Positions 33,790 to 48,740 of a stretch of DNA of 64,000 bases are shown in pieces (positions within the stretch are counted from its first letter, which is position 1; the number at the start of each line of letters is the position of its first letter). Source of the stretch: Eledone cirrhosa (Eukaryota). Under the pieces are notes generated by a model. That model was not told the origin of the DNA, did not search any database, and was given only the letters and a program-made list of their open reading frames with translations. The translations under genes were made by a program, and so were the position numbers. Where the stretch lies: positions 3,348,001 to 3,412,000 of the forward strand of contig OZ024762.1 of assembly GCA_964016885.1 (NCBI GenBank), written 5' to 3'.

Positions 33790-36180
33790 AATGTAACCAG
33801 CTTTCATGTTATTAAGAGTGGTGTTCGGAGCATAACCTAACAGAGGTTTCTGCATAAAATCATAATGGAAAGCTTTTAGACTAATACAGACATTTTAACC
33901 TTTTCATTAGCATATTTATAACGAAATATACAGAGTATAATTATCAAATAATTTTGAAAATAATCAAGAAATGGAAAGCTTTTAGAGTAGTTATTATCAA
34001 TCATAACTTGGAAGCGATTTAATGATGCAACCAGCTTTCTTGTTATTTATCTGGTGTTTGGAACATAACTTAACAAAGGTGCTTACATAAAATTGTGATG
34101 GAAGGTTTTTAGGTAAATATAAATATTTTAAAGAAAAATAGTCTTGTGTTATAGAACTAATAGTGTTTGGAACATAACTTAACAAAGGTGCTTACATAAG
34201 ATTGTGATGGAAGGTTTTTAGGTAAATATAAATATTTTAAAGAAAAATAGTCTTGTGTTATAGAACTAATAGTGTTTGGAACATAACTTAACAAAGGTTC
34301 CTACATAAAATTGTGATGGAAGGTTTTTAGGTAAATATAAATATTTTAAAGAAAAATAGTCTTGTGTTATAGAACTAATAGTGTTTGGAACATAACTTAA
34401 CAAAGGTTCCTACATAAGATTGTGATGGAAGGTTTTTAGGTAAATATAAATATTTTAAAGAAAAATAGTCTTGTGTTATAGAACTAATAGTGTTTGGAAC
34501 AGAACTTAACAAAGGTTCCTACATAAGATTGTGATGGAAGGTTTTTTGGTAAATATGAACACTTTTAAAAATAAAAACAGTTTTGTGTCATAGAATTAGG
34601 GATGTTTGGAACATAACTTAACAAAGGTGCTTACATAAAATTGTGGTGGCAGGGTTTTAGATAAATATAAACACTTCAAAATAAACAGCTTTGTATTATT
34701 CAATGAGGGGTGTTTGGAACATAACTTAACAAAGGTTCTTACATAAAATTGTTATTGAAGATTTTTAGGTAAATATAAACATTTTAAAAGAAAATTGTTT
34801 CTTTTTTGTCACAGAATTAGGGGTGTTTGGAACATAACATAACATAAAGGTTGTAACATAAAATTGTGATGGAAGGTGTTTATATAAATATAAACACTTC
34901 AAAATAGACAGCTTTTGAATGAGAGGTGTTTGGAACATAACAAAGGTTATTACATACAATTATGATGGGAGGTTTTATATGATACACTGCTTTGTATCAT
35001 ATAAATGAGGAGTCAGTGGACCAATTTGGGTCTGAAAAATGGTTAAATAAACAAAAGAAGCAAAGAAAATGAGATGAGCTGGAGAAAAGCCTATAAATTT
35101 TGCTTGGAAGAAGCCATATAATTGATTTAGGAATATAGAAGAAGGCATGAATATAATATAAATCTTTTAAAATAACATTGGTTGTTAGAAAGATTTGTGT
35201 CAAATTGATAAAATATGCCTGCCTGTTTATCTAAACTACTGTTGGTTATTGAAATGGAATTATAAAGATAAATTCTAAGACCTTAGTTTTGAAAGTTCTG
35301 TTACAAAGTAGACACATAATAAAGAGCTGGATAAGGAAAGACTATAATATTGCCATAAAGTAGATTAATACTTTCCTTACTATCATTTATCTGGTGTTTG
35401 GAACATAACTTAATAAAGGTTCTTACATAGAATTATGTAGGAAGGTTTTTAGATAAATATAAACACTTTAATCTTTTCTTTACCATATTTTAATGAAAGA
35501 CACTGTTGGTGTTTGGAACATAACTTAACAAAGGTTCTTACATCAAATTATGTTGGAAGGTTTTTAGATAAATATAAGCTCTTCAACTTTTTCCTTACCA
35601 TATTTTAACAAAAGACACTGTTGGTGTTTTGAACATAACTTAACATCAAATTATGTTGGAAGGTTCTAGATAAATACAAACACCTTAACCTTTTCTTTAC
35701 CATATTTTAATGAAAGACGCTGTCTATTATTTTGAAATAATTTTGAAAATAATCAAGAATTTGAAGGGATTTAACTAAGTTTGTCATCATTATGCTGGTG
35801 CTTGGAACAACTTAATGCAAATTCTTAGATGAAATTATGCTGGAAGGTTTTAAAATAAAAAATTTGAAGGGATTTAGTAAAAAAAAAATCAAACTTTCTC
35901 ATTATTAAGCTGGTGTTTGGAGCATAACAAACGTTTTTGCATAAAATTATGATGAACAATTTTTAGATAATCCTTTTGTTGCCATATTTCTAATGAAAGA
36001 CAATGTCTTTGATTTTCAAATAATTTTGAAAATAAAAAAGAATTTGAAGAGATTTAATAAGGTAACTAACTTTCTCATTATTAAGCTGATGCTTGGAACA
36101 TAACTTAAATATTCTACAAATGTTCTAAAAGAAAAATACGATTGAAGGGTTTTAAATAAATATAAACATTTAAAAATTGT
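33790..36180. repeat. MITE-2-derived array, 109-bp core units at 34054-34980 with degenerate flanks
   Basis: gaacataactt at 34061, 34170, 34279 and onward. Confidence 0.88.
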
Positions 36181-36354
36181 GTTGAATCATGAAGGCATGT
36201 GTTTTAGTGGTTAGAGAGTTGGATTCACAACCATGAGATTGTGAGTTCAATTCTGTTTTGACAGTGTTTAAATCAGATGGCCCTCAGTTTTACACAGATG
36301 GACTTAAATGCTGGTATCAACACTTGCAGAAGTGAATTGACCAAGATAGAGCAT

Positions 36355-36703
36355 ATAGAACCCACCTGCATTGGAAAAATGAGTCTATTACATCGATTAC
36401 TACTGCCAACTTTCCCTGTACATCTACTGCATATGTAGTTTTCCCCACCTGTTAGTTTGCCTACTATCCCACTACATCTCTTGTGTTCCCAAGATCTGCA
36501 TTGCATACATTTACTGGAATTTATGCCAGTTCCTTTCCTACATATCGAACATGGCCATTTCCCCGATGGAATCAGAGTATTGTCCTCTCTTCTACTTATC
36601 AACACTTTTGTTTTAGCTATGTTCACTCTCAGGCTTCTTGATTCCAACTGCTGTTTCCATAGCCAGAATTTATTCTCTAGCTCCTTTACTGATTCTGCAA
36701 AAA
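36355..36703 (-). mobile_element. RTE family B fragment (Cys/His finger region)
   Basis: KTKVL...CSICRKG...HKRC...CSRC within ORF 36273-36917. Confidence 0.85.
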
Positions 36704-36717
36704 CATATGTATGTATA

Positions 36718-36897
<180 letters not shown>

Positions 36898-36907
36898 CTT
36901 CTACTTT

Positions 36908-37191
36908 GGAGGCACATGGCTTAGTGGTTAGAGCATTGGCCTTGCAATCGAAAGGTTGTGAGTTCAATTCTCAGACAGGGTAATGTGTTGTTTCCTTGAT
37001 CAAGACACTTTATTTCACATTGCTCCAGTTTACTCAGCTGTAGAAATGAGATGATAGGACTGGGGTCCATATCATTCCACTGCAAAGTGGTCGTGGAGGT
37101 GCCACGGCAAAAAAGCACTCAGCACTCACTGTAAATGAGGTTGGTGTTAGGAAGGGCATCCAGCTGTAGAAATCAAGCCAGAATCAGTTCC
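36908..37191 (+). mobile_element. SINE family 1, 3' end replaced by (ACC)n
   Basis: Near-identical to 29014-29300. Confidence 0.85.
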
Positions 37192-38323
37192 AGCACCACC
37201 ACCACTACCACCAGCACCACTACCACCAGCACCAGCACCACCACCACTACCACCAGCACCAGCACCACCACCACTACCACCAGCACCACCACCATTACCA
37301 CCAGCACCAGCACCACCACCAGCACCACCACCACCACTACCACCACCACCACCACCACTACCACCACCACCAGCACCACTACCACCACCACCACCACCAC
37401 TACCACCAGCACCACCACCACCACTACCACCAGCACCACCACCACCACCACTACCGCCAGCACCAGCACCACCACCACTACCACCAGCACCAGCACCACT
37501 ACCACTACCACCAGCACCAGCACCACTACCACCAGCACCAGCACCACTACCACCAGCACCACCACCACCACCACCACTACCACCACCACCACCACCACCA
37601 CCAGCACCACCACTACCACCAGCACCACCACCACTACCACCAGCACCAGCACCACATAAAGAGAAGCATAGGAATGGAAGATTGAAATATTAGAATGATG
37701 CAAGATTAACAGAATAAATATAGAATGATAAAATGATGTGTGCAGAAGACAGTAAGACAAAAAATAGAAATAATAATAATAATAATGATCCCCCCCCATA
37801 AGAATATGAACCAAAAACACATTGAAAATACTAATTACATTTACAATGTTTTTTGGTGAGATAAAAATATAAACTTAATATGTAAAACAAGATAATTTCT
37901 ATATATTAAAGAAGAAATTCAATATTTATTATTATTATTGTTAAATCCACATACACATACACACACACACATACACACATACACACATACACATACACCC
38001 ACACATACACACATACACATACACACACACACATACACACATACACATACACACACACACACACATACACATACACATGTTTTCGTCCTGTGCCATCATA
38101 ATGTTTTTCTTGATGTTAACCCTTTGTGGTTAATAAAGTATCATTGTTATTATTTGTTAACTTTGCCTTTCATCCTTACGGGGTCGATAAAATAAAGTAC
38201 CAGTAATGCACTGGGTAATTGCTGGCCTTGTGCCTAAAGTAGAAACAATTATTATTATTTTCAAACAAAAATAAAATAAAATATTATTATTAAAGAAGTC
38301 ATTATATAAATATATATAAATCG

Positions 38324-38404
<81 letters not shown>

Positions 38405-39049
38405 GTAGTAGTAGTAGTAGTAGCAGTAGTAGTAGTATTAGTAGAAGTATTTAGAATATGTCTCTGCAATGTTGACTATTTTTTTTCTTCACACAAATTG
38501 CTCTCTCTCACTTTCCCTCCCTCCCTGTCTGTCTGTTCTCTCTCTCTCTCTCTCCTATCTCTCCCCCCTCTTCATAACTCTCTTTGCTTTGACTAATGGT
38601 TCATGGTTTGGTGGTTGCCATTCCCAGAATGTCTGATTCTCTCTTCATGTTGTGAAGATAATAATTGTTTCTACTTTAGGCACAAGGCCAGCAATTACCC
38701 AGTACATTACTGGTACTTTATTTTATCGACCCCGTAAGGATGAAAGGAAAAGTTAACCTCGGCGGGATTTGAACTCAGAATGGAAAGGGGCGTAACTATG
38801 CTGGAAAGCATGGCGTCCAACCTTTTACCGATATTGCCAATCCACCGCCCTTGTGGAGATAATAATAATAGTAATAATTGTTTCTACTTTAGGCACAAGG
38901 CCAGCAATTATCCCATTGCATTACTGGTACTTTTTTATTGACCACGTAAGGATGAAAGGCAAAGTTAACCTCCGCGGGATTTGAACTCACACTGGAAAGG
39001 GGCGTAACTCTGATACTTTACCAAAACTGCCAATCCACTGCCCTTAATA

Positions 39050-40570
39050 GTAATAATAATGCTTTCTTTATTAAACACAAGGGTTGACATAAAGTAGACA
39101 TTAAGGACAGCACAGACGGTATAGGACGGTACCAATGGGCATTTCTGAGTGGAAAGAAAAAACAATAACAAAGGAAATAACAAGAAAATGAAACAAAGGA
39201 AAATTCCCGAATAGAGGGTGGGGACACCTCTGAGGGTTGCTAATGAAGAAAGCCCATTAAAAAAGCCACGGTGACCCTGACCACCAAGGCAAGTGCCCTC
39301 TCCCAGTTTTCCAATCTACAGATGTATATTCAGAGCAGGCCTATTTACTTGGGCCATGCTCACCTCTCCCACCCATCTTTCAACAAATTGCTGGGAAAGG
39401 AGCACTTCCCTCTCCACCCTGATTTTCCTTTTCAAATGAAATTAGTAATAATAATAATAGTAATAATAGTTTCTTTATTGGCCACAAGGGCTAACATGAA
39501 GAAAAACATTACAGATGGCACAGAATGGTACAGGACGATACAAAGTGGGTTTTGGTTGTGTAAAAAGGTTATAACAAGAAAATAAAAATGTGTAAAAACA
39601 ACAAAAATTCCTCAATAGAGGGGCAACCTCCGAGGGTCACTCATGGCGAAAACCACACAAAAGATCACGGCCACCCTGACTACCAGGGCAAGCGTAATAA
39701 TAATTTCTTTATTAGCCACACAGAGTTCACATTAAGGAAACATTAAAGACAGTACAAGACGATACAGTGTGGGGTTTTTTGTGTAAAATAAAATTTATAA
39801 AAGAGTCTAAGAAAAATAAACATTTAAAACAAACATAACAAATTCCCCAAAGGTGAAGAGACTCTAAGAGTCACTTGTGGAGAAAGCCCACAAAATGCTA
39901 ATGTCACCCTGTCCGCTAGAGCAAAGTGCCCTCTCCCAGTTGTTCCCTTCCAATCTACAGGTGTATGCAGGCCCATTCACAAGGACCAGGCTCACCGCTC
40001 TCACCCACCTTTCAACAAACTGGTTGGAAGGCAGCACCTCTCTCCACCCCGATTTTCCTCTTCAAGAGAAACATGAAAAGGTTAATCAGGGCTTTGCCGA
40101 AGAGGAAAATGGCTGTCTTCAACCCTTTCAAACATGTCCACCACACAACCTCTTTCACCATGGCCACCAGGCAGATAAAAACTGCCTATCCTTCTCTAAA
40201 GGAAGACAGCAGGGCAATCTTACAATGGACTCAGTTGATAGTTGGATCCGTCCTACATGTGACAGCAGGTGCTCGACATAAACCCACTGGTCAGTAATAC
40301 TCAGACACTCGATGAGGATGTTCTATAGAGGGTTAGTGGCAATAAAAGAAATGGGTATGTCCTTAGGGAGACTCTGGGCATTGACGAAAACCACCTAGCC
40401 ACTCTTTTCCAGGGACTTTCAGCCCAGGGCTCATGGACAACTTCCAGAAATCCCTGGCCTGGCAATGCTACTGAGGAGCTTTGTCAGTTCAAGATAAACT
40501 CTACAGCATGGAAGTGCCTATCCGAGTGCGCGTGGGGTGGTGAGACCATCCTGTGTGCACTCATCAAGTT
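39050..40570 (-). mobile_element. Stack of Tx1/L1-type LINE 3' ends; the longest has an inverted 5' segment
   Basis: Minus: WVYVEHLL...LVAMVKEVVWW...FVERWV; plus 40293-40570: FYRGLV, DNFQKSLAWQCY, ET motif; tails in (TAA)n. Confidence 0.7.
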
Positions 40571-41350
40571 TTTATCTATTACTAGTTGATGTACCTATCC
40601 CCATCCCCCACCTTCTCACCCCTACTACACTCCCACCCCACCTCCATATCTCTCCATCTCCGTTCACCTCCCCACATTTCACCACCTCAATTCCCTCCCT
40701 CATCCCCACACCCCAAAACTCCCCACCCTCCCTACCACGCTTGCCTACCCCACCTAACCATTCTCAACCACCTCACTTCCGTATCCCCCTCCGCATCTCT
40801 CCACTCCACCTTCCCACCCCTCCCCCTACCACACTTCCCCACCTCCCCACACTTCAAAACTCCACTCCCCACCCATCCCTACCTCACTTCCCCACTGCCG
40901 CCTCCATATCTCCATCCCCACCCACCTCTCTCCCCTCCCCACTACACTTCCCCACACCCCCACCTCACTTCGCTACCCTCCATCTCCCCACCCCACCCAC
41001 ACACCCCTCACAACTTCTTTATCCCCATTCATATATTCCCCATCAGTAATTCAAATCACAAATTGATCAAAGATTGAAATTTTCAGTTATTGATGTTGCT
41101 CATGATAGAGTCGCTGGCTTTAAGCCTAGCCAAACAGCTTCTCTTACATCACGTTAAAGTGTCAATGATGATGATGATGATGATGATGATGATAATAATT
41201 GTTTCTACTTTAGGCACAAGGCCAGCACATTACTGGTACTTTATTTTATCGACCTCGTAAGGATGAAAGGCAAAGTTAACCTCGGCGGGATTTGAATAAT
41301 AACGATTTCTTTATTGGCCACAAGGGCTGACATCAAGAAAAACATTACAG

Positions 41351-42317
41351 ACGACACAGGGCGGTACAGGACGGCACAGGACAGTACAGGGCGGTACAGG
41401 ACGGTACAGGGCGGTACAGGACGACACAGGGCGGTACAGGACGGCACAGGACAGTACAGGGCGGTACAGGACGACACAGGGCGGTACAGGACGACACAGG
41501 GCGGTACAGGATGGTACAGGGCGGTACAGGACGACACAGGGCGGTACAGGACAGTACAGGGCGGTACAGGACGGCACAGGACAGTACAGGGCGGTACAGG
41601 ACGGTACAGGACGGCACAGGACAGTACAGGGCGGTACAGGACGGTACAGGACGACACAGGGCGGTACAGGATGGTACAGGATGGTACAGGACGACACAGG
41701 GCGGTACAGGATGGTACAGGATGGTACAGGACGGTACAGGACGACACAGGGCGGTACAGGATGGTACAGGATGGTACAGGGCGGTACAGGACGACACAGG
41801 GCGGTACAGGACGGTACAGGGCGGTACAGGACGACACAGGGCGGTACAGGATGGTACAGGATGGTACAGGACGACACAGGGCGGTACAGGATGGTACAGG
41901 ACGGTACAGGACGACACAGGGCGGTACAGGACGGTACAGGGCGGTACAGGACGACACAGGGCGGTACAGGACGGTACAGGGCGGTACAGGACGACACAGG
42001 GCGGTACAGGACAGTACAGGGCGGTACAGGACGGCACAGGGCGGTACAGGACGGTACAGGGCGGTACAGGACGACACAGGGCGGTACAGGACAGTACAGG
42101 GCGGTACAGGACGGCACAGGACAGTACAGGGCGGTACAGGACGGTACAGGACGGCACAGGACAGTACAGGGCGGTACAGGACGGTACAGGACGGTACAGG
42201 ACGGTACAGGACGACACAGGGCGGTACAGGATGGTACAGGATGGTACAGGGCGGTACAGGACGGTACAGGGCGGTACAGGATGGTACAGGATGGTACAGG
42301 GCGGTACAGGACGGCAC
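41351..42317. repeat. 10-bp variant minisatellite, 96 units of six types
   Basis: Every unit is NNNNN-acagg with no indels. Confidence 0.97.
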
Positions 42318-42365
42318 GATGTGGGTTTTGTGCGTGTAAAGATTTTTATTATTTATATAAGAAAA

Positions 42366-42555
42366 GCGGTGGATTGACAGTATCGGTAGAGGGTCGGACG
42401 CCATGCTTTCCAGCATAGTTAAGTCCCTTTACGATCTGAGTTCAAATCCCGCCGAGGTTGACTTTGCCTTTCATCCTTACGGGGTCGATAAAATAAAGTA
42501 CCAGTAATGTACTGGGTAATTGCTGGCCTTGTGCCTAAAGTAGAAACAATTATTT
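42366..42555 (+). mobile_element. SINE family 2 (Nin/Deu-domain-like core) with target-site duplication
   Basis: B box gagttcaaatcc; core gcctttcatccttacggggtcgataaaataaagtacc; tttatataagaaaag duplicated on both sides; other copies 19360-19590 (+), 38660-39045 (-), 49980-50152 (-). Confidence 0.82.
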
Positions 42556-44122
42556 ATATAAGAAAAGAAAAAGATATAGAAACATATATATATATATATA
42601 TATAAACAGTAAAAATAAAAATTCAAACAATGAAAAATTCCCCAATAGGGAAGGGGGGAAACCTCCGAGGGTTACTCGTGGCGAAAACCACATAAAAGAC
42701 CACGGTCACCCTGACAACCAGGGCAAGCGCCCTCTCTCAATTTTTCCATTTCTCAAACACACACACACACACATACACTGTCACACACATACTCATTCTC
42801 ACACACACACATACACACTCACACACATATGACAGTTAAACCTACACACACACATATGAAACAGTTAAACCTACATACATAGACACACACACACATATAC
42901 ACACACACACATATATCCACACACATATATACACATACATATATCCACACACAAACGTATGAAACACACATACATATATACACACACATATATACACATA
43001 CATATATAGACACCTGCATACACACACACATATATACACATACATATATATACATTTACATATACACATGCTTATATACACACATATATACACATACATA
43101 TCTACACATACATATATACACATATATATATATATACATATATACATACACATATATATATACATACATATATACACACATACATAGATACACACATACA
43201 TATATATACATACATACATACACATATATCTACACACACATATATACACACACATATATACATAAATATACACACATATATATACATACACATATATATA
43301 TACACATACATATATACATACATATATACACACATATATACATATATACACACACATATATACATATATACACACATATATATACACATATATACACACA
43401 AATATATACACACATAAATATATACACACATATATATACAGACACATATATACACATATACACACACATACATATATACACACATATATACGCAGACACA
43501 TATATATACACATACATATATACACACACGTATATACACAGACGTATATAGACACATATATACACATATATACCCATACATACACATATACACATATACA
43601 TATATTACAAGCACATATATACACATACATACACACACATATATACATAAATATACACACATATATATATACACACACATATATACACATATATATACAT
43701 ATACATATATACACACATATACACACACACATATACACACATATATACACACACACATACACACATATACACACACACATACATATATACACACACATAT
43801 ATACACATATACAAACACACATATATACACATATACAAACAGACATACATACACACACACATATATACACACACACATATACACACACATATATACACAC
43901 ACACACATATATACACACATATACACACACCCATATACACACATATACACACACATACACATAAATATACACACATATATATACACACACATATATACAC
44001 ATATATATACATATACATATATACACACATATACAAACACACATACATACACACACACATATACACACATATATACACACACATATATACACATATATAC
44101 ACACATATATACACACACATAC

Positions 44123-44155
<33 letters not shown>

Positions 44156-44384
44156 TACATACATACACACACATATATACACACATATATACACACACAC
44201 ACATACACGCACACATATATACACACATATATCTACACATAAAACAGTTTTATGTACCATTCCATTATATGTAGAGAATGTCAATAGATAAAATCTAAAT
44301 AGCTTTTTGTTTTTAACTTCCACTTCAAAACTTTCACTAAATATAACTCTAATGTTGATATGCTTGACGTCTCTCAATAAATAA

Positions 44385-44428
<44 letters not shown>

Positions 44429-44502
44429 TATATTATTATATATATACACATAAATATATGTATATATATATATATATATATATACATATATATACACATA
44501 AA

Positions 44503-44561
<59 letters not shown>

Positions 44562-44579
44562 CATATATATACACATAAA

Positions 44580-44617
<38 letters not shown>

Positions 44618-44631
44618 AATATATGTATATA

Positions 44632-44662
<31 letters not shown>

Positions 44663-44725
44663 GTATATACACATAAATATATGTATATATATATATATAT
44701 ATATATAAATATATATACACATAAA

Positions 44726-44759
<34 letters not shown>

Positions 44760-44825
44760 CAAATATATACACATAAATATATGTATATATATATATATAT
44801 ATATATACATATATATACACATAAA

Positions 44826-44867
<42 letters not shown>

Positions 44868-44869
44868 AA

Positions 44870-44929
<60 letters not shown>

Positions 44930-45091
44930 TATATACATATATATATACATATATATATATGTACATTCATATGTATATTGCTATTTCAGAGCACCAATAC
45001 AATTATATATATGCAGGAAAATTCCCGTCCAATCCCATGCTAGCATGGAAGATGGACGTTAAATGATGATGATGATGATGATGATGATGAA

Positions 45092-46510
45092 TACAAGGCT
45101 TGTGAGAGATATACAAGCTATGTATAAAGAAACAGTCACTAAGGTCAGAATTAACAATGAATTTAGTGTAAAAGTTGGCGTTCATCAGGGCTCTGTCCTT
45201 AGCCTCCTCCTATTTATTATTGCCCTTCAGGCTATAACAGAGGAGTTCAAGACCGGCTGCCCATGGAAACTCCTATACGCAGATGATCTAACGCTCATAG
45301 CTGAATCAATGGCTGAACTAGAGAAGAAATTCCAAACATGGAAGCATGGCCTAGAATCAAAGGGCCTTAAAGGTAACTTGTCTAAGACTAAAGTTCTAGT
45401 TTGTAGAAAGGAAAATAAGGCACAGGTGCCCTCAGGGAAATGGCCATGCTCAGTGTGTAGGAAAGGAGTAGGCAGAAATTCCATTTTATGTCCCAAATGC
45501 AAAGTATGGGTACATAAAAGATGTAGTGGGATCACAGGTAAACTATCTAAGAATGTAGACTTTATATGTGGCTGATGATCAGGTGCAATAGGTAGCAAGT
45601 GTCCACAGGATACTAGCTCCTTCTATTGCCCAGATCGTTCTATAGAAATAGTAGACACTTTCCGTTACCTGGGTGACAAAATCATCAGTGGTGGAGGGTG
45701 TTCTGAAACTACAGTAGCCAGAGTCAGAACGGGATGGAAAAAGTTCAGAGAGCTTATACCGCTGTTGGCCACAAAAGGTTTCTCTCTAAAAATGAAAGGC
45801 AGATTGTATGATGCCTGTATACGAACAGCAATGCTACATGGCAGTGAGACATGGGCATTACGTGCAGAGGACTTGCGCAGACTGGAAAGGAACGAAGCTT
45901 GCATGCTCCATTGGATGTATAATAGTAATATACGTGAACGGCAAAGCATAAATGAACTAAATGAGAAATTAGGAATAAGAGGGATCAGATGCTGTTTACT
46001 TGAGAGAAGACTACGTTGGTATGGTCACGTGATGCGCATGAAAGATGACAGCTGTATAAAAAAGTGCAGGGCGATCAAAATTGACGGTAATTACGGAGTA
46101 GGTAGACCCAGAAAAACCTACAGTCAGTAGGCACCTCTTAACCAAATATACATCCCAATCCACTACCCCTACCCTATCCTCCCACTCCCACCAACACCAC
46201 CCTCTCTCTGTAAAGTTGGTACCACAACATCCAGTCCAAATAAATGAGATAATGAGGTCATGTAGGTGTCACGACAAAAAAAACACACAGTCCACGCTGT
46301 AATGTGGCCATGTAGGGAACACGGTAAAAAGGCTCCCAGTCCACACTGTAAATGTGGTTGGTGTTAGGAAGGGCATCCAGCCATAGAAAACCTGCCAGAT
46401 AGTCCTATATGAGCGAGACACAGTCACCCGACCAACCTTGTCTCAAGTGGGACAACTCCCGTGTAACCCATGCTAGCGTGGAAGATGGACGTTAAATGAA
46501 GATGATGATG
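45092..46510 (+). mobile_element. RTE family A, 5'-truncated and disrupted
   Basis: ORFs 45063-45575 (YADD) and 45765-46130; internal stop; deletion before the UTR. Confidence 0.92.
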
Positions 46511-46561
<51 letters not shown>

Positions 46562-47034
46562 ATATATATAAATTATAAATGTGAGAAAAGAATTACTTAT
46601 TTTTTCTTCATTATGCACACACACATATATATATATTTATCTATTTGTGTATCTTATTATTTTATATTTATATATATATATACACACACATACACATATA
46701 TATATTATACACACACACATACATAGATACATATATATATCATCATCATTGTCATCATCATTCAATGTCCATTTTTCCATGCCTGTATAGGTTAGACATG
46801 TAGTGACGTTATGAGACAAGTCAGGTCCAGAGACCGTGTCATGTCCATACAGATCTCTATTTTGGCTTGGTTTCTACTGCTGGATGTTCTTCCTAATGCC
46901 AACCATATCACAGTGTGTGTGTCTCATCATCATCATTGTTTGTCCCATTTATTTGGATCGGGTGACGGTGTCTTGCACATATATCTTTTTCTGGAAGAAA
47001 TGTGTTGATAGAGAAACTGTGTCTGAGAGGGACA

Positions 47035-47315
47035 GAATGTAGTGTGCGAGAGAGGAGACTGAGGTGGTATGGACATGTGATGCGCATGGAGGATGACCGA
47101 TGGGTGAAGAAGTGCCTGGAAATGTCAGTTGAAGGAAGACGTGGTAGAGGTAGACCACGGAAAACATGGGCGTAGGTGGTGAGAACAGACCTCAGATCGC
47201 AGAAGCTCACGGTGGAGATGACGAAGGACCGTGACAAGTGGAGGGATGCTGTGCTGAATAAGACCCGTCCCACCCTTGCAAGCAGGGAAAAGCGGACGTA
47301 AAATGATGATGATGA
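47035..47315 (+). mobile_element. RTE family B 3' end
   Basis: ERRLRWYGHVMRMEDDRWVK...GRPRKTW then cccacccttgcaagcagggaaaagcggacgtaaaa(tga)n. Confidence 0.88.
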
Positions 47316-47333
47316 TACATATCTCTCTCTCTC

Positions 47334-47390
<57 letters not shown>

Positions 47391-47392
47391 CC

Positions 47393-47448
<56 letters not shown>

Positions 47449-47569
47449 ACAAAGGAAATGTGGTAAGGAACCAGATGGACCATAACGCACCAAAGTACTC
47501 AATACGTAGGGTAGTAGAGTGGGTAATATATATATATATATATACAGATATAGACATACATGTGTATAA

Positions 47570-47605
<36 letters not shown>

Positions 47606-48740
47606 ACACACACATGTATATACATGTACACACACATGTATGTCTCTGTACAAGTTGGCATGAGTTATTCATTAGTGCAAAACGAATGAATGATGGCTTA
47701 GTTATTAAATTCCAAAAGTCATCCTTTTATATCTTCTGCTATCTTAGTTTGTACACTCCATTATCCTTATTGATGTTAGCAGCTAAAGAATTGATTGAGA
47801 AGAGAACTTATTGAAAGTACATGTAAGAATCATAATAGAAAGCGGCTGCCTATTTTGGTTTTTAATTTAATTTTAAAAGATACGTGTTGTAGATTGAATT
47901 CTATAGATGTTCAGTTCCTTATGGGTTAGCCATGCTCTCTGGGGGGGGTAGTTGAATGAACCTCTGAGGTGGATTTAACAAACAGTTCTTCAGTTGTGTT
48001 GGGTTAATGAAGTTGTTGTTGTTGTTATAGTGGTCGTCTTTATCACCATCATCATCATCATCATCACCACCACCACCATTGCCATCATCATCATGATCAC
48101 TACCACCACCATTCTCAACATCACCATCATCATCACTACAACCATCATCATCATCACAACCACCACCACCATCACTATCATCATCATCGCCGCCGCCACC
48201 ACCACCATCATCATCAGCATCATCACCACCACCACCACCACCATCACCACCATTCTCAACATCATCATCATCATCATCATCATTGCTATTATCATCATCA
48301 TCATCAGCATCGTCATCACCACCATCATCAGTATCATTATCACCATCATCATCCCCACCATCATCATCATCATCATCACCATCACCATCATCATCATCAT
48401 CACCACCATAAAAAAAAAATTATCTTAGACAATTAATTAGACTTGTAAATGCTATAATATTATATATATAGAAAAAATAACGGCTCTATTGGAATTTAAC
48501 ATAATTTACGATGTTGGGCCTTCAATTTTTTTAGCGCAAATGACGGTTTTATGTCTGCAAAATGAAATTAGTTTTGAGTTTCTTTTGAGCAGGTTTTTAT
48601 GGCGTAAAATATCACGCTTCTCTGAAAGAGGAAGAGAAATAAAATTAATACAAATAGAAAGATTAGAATGTTAATTATAATGTTAGAGTGTCGTATCTGA
48701 TATTAAAATTAAATAAAAAATATGCTTCCATAAAGTTCTC

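Larger units (their letters stand above)
41296..42750 (-). mobile_element. Tx1-type 3' UTR copy hosting a 10-bp array and a SINE insertion
   Basis: Flanks match the unexpanded copy at 39470-39695. Confidence 0.75.

Noticed and set aside
41241-42418. Long ORFs on both strands (RYRAVQDGTG / CTALYRPVPS repeats)
   Set aside because: By-product of a stop-free 10-bp repeat inside a LINE UTR; no splice or start context
42842-44950. 702-aa ORF and the many other YI/CV/HT-rich ORFs
   Set aside because: Translations of (TA)n, (CA)n and (TACA)n microsatellites that happen to lack stops
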